This document shows, in pieces, positions 27,480 to 35,935 of a stretch of DNA of 64,000 nt (positions are counted from its first letter, which is position 1; the number at the start of each line of letters is the position of its first letter). Below the pieces are notes generated by a model that was not told where the DNA came from, did no database searches, and saw nothing but the letters and a program-made list of their open reading frames with translations. A program made the position numbers and the translations under genes. This DNA comes from Camelus ferus (Eukaryota). The DNA lies in assembly GCF_009834535.1 (NCBI RefSeq), contig NC_045697.1:50346001-50410000 (forward strand), in the 5' to 3' direction.

Positions 27480-30176
27480 ATTCTCCCATGCTTTCATAAC
27501 AATACAATTTCCTAGGAAGAAATTTGCCTTTGCTACTTGTAACACTATCATTTGGTATTTGAGATAACTTCAGTGCCTGAAATTGATTACCGATTCATTC
27601 TATGGTTTATCATAAGACTCTGAAACAAATTGATTAATTTTAGATAGATGCAGAAAATGCACATTGATAGTACACTCTAAGTCCTAGGATGAACAGAAAC
27701 AGTATCCTTAAGTTTCATAGCTATAGCATTATATCTCTGAAATTTTACTAGAAACTGTTGCAAAATTCCCAGGCTGAGTGTGGGTGGAGGGTGGAATTAT
27801 TAACTAGAAATCTTTGGTTTGCTTTGCTCAGTTCAGTCCATCAGAGCGTGGTTCAGAGGAAGGCAAGGATGTGGGTAGAATCTATGTGGGCCAGTTCATT
27901 TACTTTAACCTTGCACAGTTGTATCAACAATGAAAACAGAAAGGATTATATTCTCCTAAAACAAAGTGAATGTTTTAGGGGAAGTCAAAGCTAATGCATC
28001 ATCACAATTAGGAAATCAACACAAAGTTCATGGCCCTTTAATGGTTAGATCATCTCAGTAGCATCATCCTCTCAAAGAACAGTACATTACTCTCATTAAC
28101 CAAAAGGTCATTATCAACACTCCATTAGTCATCAGTACATAGTGTAGTTTATCTGAAACAAATATTTAAATGATCGGTGGTAAAGATCAAGTGACTATAC
28201 ATGAGCCGGGGGTAGAGTGGGTCTTTAAACTTTTCCTGAATTAATGTCGTTTTAAAAGTTTCTCTTTCTAGAGCTGACTCAGCACCATAAAACACTAGTA
28301 AACATAAAAATGTTTAAATGAGTCAGGCAGGGTTTGAACCTTGGTGATATCATTTATTAAGTGATCTTAGGCAAGTTATTCAATCTCTCGGGAGCCTCAG
28401 TTTTTTAACCTGTATGTGGACTGACAGTGGTACCTACCTCATGAAATTGTGGCTATATTCAAGTGAGAGAAAATATTTAAAGCCTTTATTATAATTCTGG
28501 CAAATGGTAAGTACTTAATAGATGTAAGTTAATAGGATTTTTATCATTATTATTAACTTATTTTATTATCCCACTGAGTAAAGTTTGAGCTAGAAGGACC
28601 AAGGGAGAATTTAATATTTTGAAAAGTATTGCTTCCCCTATCAAATGAATAGGGGAGTCTTAAGGAGGGGAAATATTTGAAGGGTAGTAGGGAGGACATC
28701 ATGATATTGCCACATGTTCTGTTTTAAGGTTTCACGGTGTAGCTTTGTTTGATTTGAAATCAATTCCCAGACTTACATATCCACATTAACTTTAATTGTT
28801 AAAAATATTCCAAAAGCCAAGTGTCATTATTTTATGTAGAAAAAATCCTTCCTGTAATCATTATCGCATTCTTATCCTCCTCTGCGCTGTGTTCTGACCA
28901 ATTGAGCTAAGCAGCCAAGACAAAGACTTGTAGTTACTAACTCCATTCACAGTTTATCCCATGGAATTTCACAATAGACTCCAATGAAACTTCACAGGTA
29001 GAAATATTACGGTTGTGACATTTAGTCCAGTTCATCTTAGAACATATTTAGAAGGTACTGCCCATGTACTTTGACTGAATCCATCAAAAAGTGCTGAATC
29101 TTATGTTTTGAAGTTTTAGTATCAATGTATTAACCAGATTAACTGTGTAGCAATATAGCACAGCTATTCCACATATTGGAATTACCAACTTGATGGTATC
29201 ACCAGTAGCACAAGCCAAACTGACTATTTTGGAAAGAGTGCCACAGTTGGAATTGTTAGCCACTTGGGTTTAGAAGGCTTGCTTTGGATTATCCATACAG
29301 CTTTTCATTTTCTTTAGTAAGCAATAGGGAGCAAAACTAGGGCTGTACACATAGGACATCAGCAATACTAACAGGGAATATGCAGCATTATTTCATTCAC
29401 CATGTGTTTCCAAGTAATATATATTAATGTAAATGGATTGCAGAGAATGATTTCTTTATGAAGACATCTTTTCACACTTTATTTACTACATTACATATAA
29501 GGCCTTGGGAAATTTAATTTTTCACTGGCACAAATGTTTATGATAACAGATGGATGGCATGATGCTGTGGAATGTTGAGGTTAAGGCTAAGATAGGTTTG
29601 TCTCGCCAGAAAATGATGGTAGTGTGTGGGAGAGGCTAAAGGTGATTATGGGTATTGTGTTTCATGCATAACAGGGATTCTCTTTGCAAATTTATAATAA
29701 TAGGATTAGAAAAAGTACTGCTGTAGGAAATAAGTCTTTCCTATTCTCTGAAAGAAGAGCCCTTGAGAAGATTCTATTAGTGTATTTCTTTAGGTAGCAC
29801 ACTGCTCAGCTTGAAAGACTCAAAGGGATATTTGATGCAATTTTCAAAGTTCATATAATCATGCCATGACCAGAAGTTTTTACCTCTTTCTGCTGTGTGG
29901 ATATCAAGAGAACAAGTCTGCACTTTTCAAACTCTTATATACAGAACTATTGGGAAGAGCAGTACAGGGTAAATGGTAAAATGAGAGCTTGAATCTACAT
30001 CTTTTTGATGAATGTAAACAATATGCTTTATTGTGCACAGAAGGGTTCAAGTCTTTGGTTAATCTTCATTTTGGAATTTTTTTTTTTTTTGAGATAGGAT
30101 TACCAAGTGGGTGGATAAAGTCGCATTCCAAAATGATTCATCAGGATACTGTGCCTTGATCAGTACAAACTGCTGA
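27480..30176 (+). pseudogene. L: Filovirus-like L polymerase, C-terminal third (connector, methyltransferase, CTD), interrupted by a MIR
   Basis: IIWYLR*LQCL (27547-) vs EBOV IIYYLTTQIHNL; ASSFTLTL..NENRKDY (27890-27949) vs ASNFFHASL..NSNRKY; GHYQHSISHQYIV*FI (28106-28153) vs GHQIISHRLVLPFF; KSATVGIV..EGLLWI (29234-29290) vs KAVVLKVF..EGMLWL; SYNHAMTRSFYLF vs DYNQQRQSRTQTYHF; GKW*NESLNLHLFDECKQY (29968-) vs GTWQAEFKKLPELISVCNRF; CTEGFKSLVNLH vs CEERFLVQTLYLH; DRIT (30093-30104) vs ERLT; in-frame TGA at 30174-30176. Confidence 0.82.
28320..28555 (+). mobile_element. MIR SINE nested inside the filovirus-like L fragment
   Basis: gagtcaggcagggtttgaacc...gtgatcttaggcaagttattcaatctctc...gcctcagttttttaacctgta...tacctacctcatga...ctggcaaatggtaagtacttaatagatgtaagtt matches the MIR core and 3' end. 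Confidence 0.85.
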
Positions 30177-30659
30177 TGCCATGTATCTGCTCTTGCACTT
30201 CAGAGCACCTCCCTATTTATATAAATCTCTAAAGATCTTGCTTTGTGAAATTTTATTCATCCAGCCAGGTTCTAAACTTAATGAATTTACTCTTCAGGTT
30301 TAACTAAAAGTAAACAGAATGCTTTGAGCAAGATGTTGTTTGGTTTTCTTTGCTTATTCTTATCATAATTTATAATTATGGTAGCAACTAAAATATTTTT
30401 AATCTGAAAATTTTACCCATAATTTTGTGGTACAAACTAAATAAATTAATTTTATTTATATTTCATTCAAATTCTTATCCATATATAGTCACTGTGTACA
30501 TATGATTAGGTAAATATTCTTTCTTCATTTAAAAAGAAATCAGAAGCATTTTATAAATTGCAGCTATGCCTTCATAGTCATAGTTCATAATAGTTTAATA
30601 ATATTTCATTGGGTAAAAATCTATCATAATTTCATATTATACAGTAGCCATAGTCCTAA

Positions 30660-31235
30660 TGCAAACATATCATGAGAAAAGTTACCTGTGGTTTATGACT
30701 CATAGGTACTTAGATGTGTTGGGATAAAATATGACGTCTTTAAAAGTTCTATTTATACATTATTTGGGATGTGCCAGGAGTTGACGTTTAAGGATATGGG
30801 TATGACATATCCAGATCTGGTTCTACCAAAATCCCTTCCATGTATTTTCAGAGAGGTAAATGTTATAAGGAAGTTCAGTAACAACCACACGTTGCCTGGT
30901 GTATTCTATCTTCAGAGTCCATGCAGAGCTCCTTGAAGAAACTATGAGAACCTACAGTCTGGGCAAGACTATCTTCAGAGCATGCTCAGAACCATGGGTC
31001 CTCATAAAACCTCAGCAACCCATCTTTAGGCAAGGCAATCCAACAGATTTAGGAAGATACTGTGTGCTAGAGTAATAACTGCTCAAAATTTGATAGAAAT
31101 ACAAGTATTCTGAGAATCAGGGTAGTTAATATACATGGTGGATGGTGGATCGTATGGAAATTAGTAGCTGGCAACGTCAAGAGCCCCAGCAGACGCTCAG
31201 GAAACAATTACTTTTAAAACAGCATGGCTGGAGGA
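30660..31235 (+). pseudogene. VP24: Filovirus-like VP24 fragment
   Basis: S*VLRCVGIKYDV (30700-30738) vs EBOV GWKVYWAGIEFDV; KSLPCIFREVN vs RNLFPHLFQNPN; SEPWVL (30986-31003) vs SDWLL; RQSNRFRKILCARVI vs RTQRVKEQLSLKML; IRVVNIHG (31116-31139) vs EBOV LHVVNYNG and MARV LHVVNDHG; MEISS vs IEIGT; ETITFKT (31201-31221) vs HTIIITRT. Confidence 0.82.
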
Positions 31236-31239
31236 AAAA

Positions 31240-32210
31240 GGGGAACTGGGCATTATTTTTGTAACCAATCTTGACCATGTATTCAGGAGCATAAGAAGGC
31301 TCTTGAGCTTTGCTAATAATCATTTCAGAGTAACAGTACTTAAGTTTAGGACAGGATCATCAGTCCAGAGATTTAACTTGTTGATAAACCCACATCATTT
31401 GCTTTTGGAGTCAGATACCTAAAAGGGCATGGGGCATTGATAGATGACCTCCACACACTGGAGACTATAGGAAAGAGATATTCCTAACATAAGCTGGTCA
31501 TTGCCAAATCTGAAGCACATAGATAGGGAGAAATTACCTGAGACCAAAACCTAGTTGTAACAATGGTCTGGTATACTAGAACTAAAAAGGAACACTAAAT
31601 GAAAATGCAGTAGTATGTAGTTTCACATTCCCATCCAAACTAGGAAGAATAGAATTTACAAGATAAGAAATTAGAGGACAATGTGGACAAATCACAAAGA
31701 ATGACCAAGGACAATATTTTATTTTAGCAATAAGAGGTGATTTTGACAATTCACAATATGATTATCAAATACCTACTTTGAAACAAAGTATCAAATACCT
31801 ACTTTGAAAACTGTGAATCTCCAAAGAAACTCAGAAGATACGCTAGTCTTTAGAAGACTTTATGAGACAGACATGCGTTCTAACAGAAATATCTCACCTT
31901 CAATACATAATACTTCAATGAGCAGAGAGCAAATAAAGAATAAGCCTTTCAATAAATAGGTGAAGGAGCAAGTAGAGAATGTTTTTATCTGAATGAGGAC
32001 TGGGAACTAAACATCTAATGGAACAAGATGTGACATCTCCAAGGAAAGGGAGATGGGTGGCTGGGAAAATCTACTGACCCCACGTACTCCTGTAAATACA
32101 GAAATTGCACAAGATATCTGAATAACGGTTCCTCAGCGGTTTGATGGAATTTCTGGTAAACAACAGAATGTGGCTCATAAATGTATCTCAGGCAATTGAA
32201 GCATAGAAAT
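31240..32210 (+). pseudogene. NP: Filovirus-like nucleoprotein, internally deleted
   Basis: IIFVTNLDHV (31252-31281) vs VYQVNNLEEI; GVRYLKGHG (31407-31433) vs AVKYLEGHG; QWSGILELK (31561-31587) vs RFSGLLIVK; ILAIRGDFDNSQYDYQIPTL (31721-31780) vs LLNLSGVNNLEHGLFPQL; weaker C-terminal-domain matches TSNG (32011-32022) vs TSDG, then WL and FDG..FW vs LDGQQFYW. Confidence 0.75.
31763..31809. repeat. 21-bp direct repeat (26-bp period) inside NP
   Basis: tatcaaatacctactttgaaa at 31763-31783 and 31789-31809, separated by caaag. Confidence 0.95.
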
Positions 32211-32414
32211 CATCTGGTTTAAAAGGTAGCCCAGTTCCCCCAGAGTATCAGAGATAAAATTAAGATAAAAATCCCAGGAATTCTGTACTGTTTCTAAAAT
32301 CTATGTGTCAAGGCCTATGCCAGATAGTAGACAGATTGGGTCCTCAAATATGTTTGCATTTCCAAGGTAGCCACTGAGTGTACACACTCCTGGCACCATT
32401 AAACCTTTATAGGA

Positions 32415-33320
32415 AGAGGGGCAGGATCAAGATGGTGGAGTAGGAAGATGCTGAGCTCATTTCCTCAGCTCTCAAAGGGCTCATGTACAAACTCGTTCAC
32501 CCTGAGACAGCACAGAGGCAGCAGTTTAAAAACCTGGTGTTCCAGCCAGCCTGCCACAGCACCCCACTCAAGCTCCAGCCATCCCACCAAGGTAACCATG
32601 GCCCACTACACACCAGGACCCCCAGACTCATGCCTGCTCTAGCCCCTGGCACACAGTCTATGTAAGTGATGCCCCAACACAAATTCATGGTGTCAAGACC
32701 AGGAAAGGTAACCGTTTTGCCTTATTCACTTAAACAAACACAGAAAATCAAACAAAATGAAGACACGGAGGAGTATGTTCCAAATGAAAGAATAAGATAA
32801 AACCCCAGAGGAAAACCTTAATAAAACAGAGATAAATAATTTACCTGATAAAGAGTTCAAAATAATGGCCATAAAAATGCTCACCAAGCTTGGGAGAATA
32901 ATGGAGGAACATAATGAGAACTTCAACAAAGGGTTAGAAGATATAAAAAAGAACCAATCATAGCTGAAGAATACAATAACTGAAATGAAAAATACATTAC
33001 AGGGAGTCAACAGTAGATTAAATGATAGAAGTATAAGTGGTTTGGAAGACAGAATAATAGAAATCATCTAATCAGAACATCAAAAAGAAAAAAGAATTTT
33101 ATAAATGAGGATATTTTAAGGGACCTCTGGGACAACATCGAGCACACTAACACTTTATAACACATATATAAATAAAACATTTTATATATATATAAAACAT
33201 TTTCTTCATCCATTCATCCCTTGATGGGAACTTAGGTTGCTTCTGTGTATTAGCAATTGTAAATAACGCCATAATGAACATGGGAGTGTAAAAATCTCTT
33301 CGGATTAGTGTTTTCATAAT
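32415..33320 (+). mobile_element. L1 composite (5'UTR and ORF1 N-terminal part, then an inverted ORF2 3' piece) inserted in VP40
   Basis: Starts gggcaggatcaagatggtggagtaggaag (L1 5' end); A-rich ORF1 coiled-coil region about 32730-33150; antisense L1 3' sequence (ttcttcatccattcatcccttgatggg...) about 33200-33320. Confidence 0.8.
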
Positions 33321-33566
33321 TGTACACTAAAGATACAGAGTCAGGATGAAACTGACAGTTTATGGATCTTCCTAGTTCACGGCTATATATGTAAATATCA
33401 ACTAAGATGGATTTATCAACTGAGTGTAGAAAGACTTTGTAAACCATGGCTAAGTGACACTCTGACCATCTCATGTAATGCCACCCTCAGAGAAAGGACA
33501 ATGGTATACCAGGCCTGAGGAATGGCTAATTTCCAGGACCACTCTGCTGCAGTTTAGCCCACCATT

Positions 33567-33587
33567 AGATATATATGATAGACAGAT

Positions 33588-33637
<50 letters not shown>

Positions 33638-33646
33638 CAGACAGAT
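33567..33646. repeat. (GATA)n tetranucleotide microsatellite
   Basis: Directly visible; lies between two colinear VP40 motifs. Confidence 0.95.
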
Positions 33647-33989
33647 CAATCAATTGATCAGAGGAGATCTCATTCTTGTGCCCATCACTATAAGAAAAAT
33701 TTCTTGAATGCTATAAACTCTGGCATTGTCTAATCCATACCTGTTGACTTGGTATTCAGAGAACTAGACTCACTGAGATCATTGGGTTAGTATTTTGTAT
33801 GGTTAGGTGGTTAAGAACAGATTCTCAGATAGTGATCTTAACTGCCTAACCATAGAAAAAAAGTGTTGTTACATTAATTCTGGGAATATCTGGGTCTTAC
33901 AGCACAGCATCTCCAGACAGGGACTCTGACAAACAAACTGGGGCAGACCACAACCAGCAGCCATATACACTTGGTCTACTTAGTGCTTG

Positions 33990-34410
33990 ATTAGTGGCAG
34001 CACTGAGATGACTAGAAAGAAAAGTTAAGACTATGCTAACTAGTGAACGGTGCAAATGACATGGAATTGACCCTTCGCCAAAACAGCCTTTGTAAGGGTC
34101 TGTATGAGACTTGGAAGTGACTATGGAGACTATGGGGACTATAGGGTCTGGCACAGAAATACTGAGGGAGCACTTAAATGATGTGTTATGGGAATCCTAC
34201 CCAGAGGAATGTGACCCTAGATTGGGGAAAGTCAGTTTGGCTAACACGCCAAATTTAAAGATTAGATGCTAGGATATACAAAGCAGGATCTGGAGTTAGA
34301 GGTAACTGTCTAAACACAAGCTTATCAATACCTTCTTTCACTTGTTCAGTGACATTTCATGTAATGATTTCCCAAGGAATCCCTAGCTACTTCTCCCATT
34401 TGGAAGCTGA
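33990..34410 (+). pseudogene. GP: Filovirus-like glycoprotein, GP1 N-terminal receptor-binding region only
   Basis: L*GSV*DLE (34090-34116) vs LRSVGLNLE; WGL*GLAQK (34133-34159) vs WGFRSGVPPK; CY (34184-34189); GKVSLANTPNLKIRC then, after a +1 shift, RIYKAGSGVRGNC (34225-34309) vs [45 protein letters not shown] (34315-34359) vs HKEGAFFLYDRLAS; MISQG vs VIYRG. Confidence 0.78.
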
Positions 34411-34720
34411 CACCTTATGTTCCAAAGACATGAAGCATGGACTATGTGTAGCATGCCTGGCATCTTCCAGAGCTTGAGGCTGCAGACTCTGCCTTGGGAT
34501 GCTAGCACTCCCAGTTGGAGACAACAGACTTATTCATCATTCAAACTAAGCAAAGAAGCAAGGACAATAATTCTAGAAGAAAGGGATGACCTCCTTACTA
34601 AGTATAATACCCACTTAAGAGGCTCATCCCTATGGTTTGAAGCCATTCGTCAGGGAGTGGCTGACTGAGTAACTTTGATCGTATTTGCTGAAAAGCCAGG
34701 TAAGTATATAGTTGAGGACT
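34410..34720 (+). pseudogene. VP35: Filovirus-like VP35, C-terminal interferon inhibitory domain fragment
   Basis: HAWHLPELEAADS (34452-34490) vs HAEFQASLAEGDS; TIILEERDDLLTKYNTHLR (34564-34620) vs VIHIRSRGDIPRACQKSLR; IRQG/WL (34645-34663, 1-nt shift) vs IDRGWV; IVFAEKPGK (34678-34704) vs CVFQLQDGK. Partly covered by track ORF 34417..34668. Confidence 0.78.
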
Positions 34721-34849
34721 GTGTTTTTAGGTCTGCTGGGCTAGAACTTCTGCTATGAAAAGAAAACTCCCTGGCTGTTCTCCAAGTCAAGTATAGTGAA
34801 GAATCCTATTGTATTAGCAATGGTAGAGGGAAAAATTGTGAAATCTATC

Positions 34850-35420
34850 TTTATATTTAACTCAAAAGGACAGTATATTTTGCATTCTGGTTTTCATTGT
34901 TTCGGATAATAAATTTTTTGCAACAATAATTTTTGAACTTTAATTTCTCCCTGGTAATTTGGCAAAGAGAGGAGGGTTATGTTCAAATTTCAGACATTTA
35001 AATGTTGACATTTAATAATAGAATATCTCAATTCTCTTTTATTGCACTGCTTGGAATAAAACATTGGAATAGCAGGTGAAGTTGCTGCCGGTAGACCATA
35101 ACTTTAAAGTTAATTTAATTAGTGGCTGCTCTGGCACAGTTTAAAACTGAGTGCTAGAAGTTTAGTAAGGCTAGTCAAAGGAACAGTGATTGGCATTGAG
35201 GAAGGTATCCCATGAAGATGGGAAGAGGACTGTCCTAACAGACTGCTCATTTCTTCCCCCAAATGGAATAGCCATGACTTGGATATGTTACAGATTAATG
35301 TTTGTTCCCTATTCCTGTAGTTTCCATGAGGAAGGATTTGCCTAAACACAGCTGGCCAGTCACTTTACCCTTTGTTCCTCTCCAGGAAGGTGGACTGAGT
35401 TACCTGGTTGGTGAATGACA
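34850..35420 (+). pseudogene. VP30: Filovirus-like transcription activator VP30
   Basis: LHSGFHC..FC (34880-34921) vs zinc-finger LKKGFLCDSSFC; FIALLGIKHW (to 35067) vs LLTLIKTAEHW; in the same frame *KFSKA (35155-35172) vs RKFSKS; LMFV vs IMFI; LNTAGQ (35342-35359) vs LNIALQ; GGLSYLVG (35389-35412) vs SGLRTLVP. Confidence 0.82.
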
Positions 35421-35466
35421 GCTCTAACACTAGGTTACATTGTCGAATATGATTCAGCTTTATCGG

Positions 35467-35935
35467 TGTATTAGTTAGCTTTATCTGTGGCAAAAAATAA
35501 TGCCAATATCAGAGGCTAACAACCACAGACACTTACTTATTGCTCCTGTTACACAGGAGCTGCAGGCCAGCTACATGTTTTCTCAGCTCTGCTGTGTTTA
35601 GCTGTACCTGGCTCTGCTCAGCTCAGCCTGGCTTTGCTCCATGGGTCTTCTCAGTCCAGAGACCTGGGTACTTGTATTATCCCTTGTCTGTGATATGCTA
35701 TTCTAATTGGTGAGGGAAAAACCACACAAATCAACTTAAAGCTTCACTGAAAAATGGCACATATCATATCTGTGTATATCCCACCAGCCAAAGAATATTC
35801 CAGGACCCAACCCAAAATCATGATGCAACAACAACTTCCTACTTGATACAGCAGCTCATGTGACAAAGAGCAGGAACATACAACCCTGTCATAGGGAAGA
35901 AGCAAATGATGGGGAAATTGTACTTCAATCTAAGA
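35467..35935 (-). mobile_element. MaLR (MLT1-type) solo LTR bounding the paleovirus on the right
   Basis: Starts tgtattagttagct...acttacttattgctc...; catatcatatctgtgtatatcccaccagccaaagaatattccaggacccaacccaaaatca is typical antisense MLT1 sequence. Confidence 0.65.

Larger units (their letters stand above)
32215..33990 (+). pseudogene. VP40: Filovirus-like matrix protein VP40, near full length, split by an L1 and a (GATA)n array
   Basis: PVPPEY (PPEY at 32237-32248) vs PTAPPEY; RPMPD (32311-32325) vs RPIAD; HTPGTI (32383-32400) vs HTPGSV; after the L1, MK..LWIFL (33346-33374) vs MKQIPIWLPL; FQDH vs IPDH; NQLIRGDLILVPITI (33648-33692) vs NQAFLQEFVLPPVQL; IV*SIP..TW (33725-33752) vs ITQPLPAATW; ILGI..DKQTG..NQQPYTLGLL (to 33981) vs IMGI..HKLTG..NGQPIIPVLL. 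Confidence 0.85.
27480..35420 (+). other. Endogenous filovirus-like element (paleovirus), multi-gene and decayed; order L-VP24-NP-VP40-GP-VP35-VP30
   Basis: More than 25 short peptide matches to Ebola/Marburg proteins, colinear within each gene and all on the + strand (see per-gene entries). Several stops fall where Q (TAA) or W (TAG) is expected. Boundaries are approximate: an L2 relic lies to the left and a MaLR LTR to the right. Confidence 0.88.

Noticed and set aside
28600..31000. Endogenous bornavirus or parvovirus interpretation
   Set aside because: No bornavirus N, G or L motifs and no parvovirus NS1 or VP motifs found; the matches are filovirus-specific.
30180..32150. Resemblance to eukaryotic RNAi-type RdRP (YLLLHFRAPP, LLSFANNHFR, TSNG..IS)
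   Set aside because: No DxDGD catalytic motif and inconsistent spacing; the filovirus VP24 and NP matches explain the region far better.
34050..34400. Middle part of VP35 (HGIDPSP ~ HGQPPPGP; DISCNDF ~ DISAKDL)
   Set aside because: The same bases give a longer, colinear, cysteine-anchored match to GP1; the exact GP/VP35 boundary remains uncertain.
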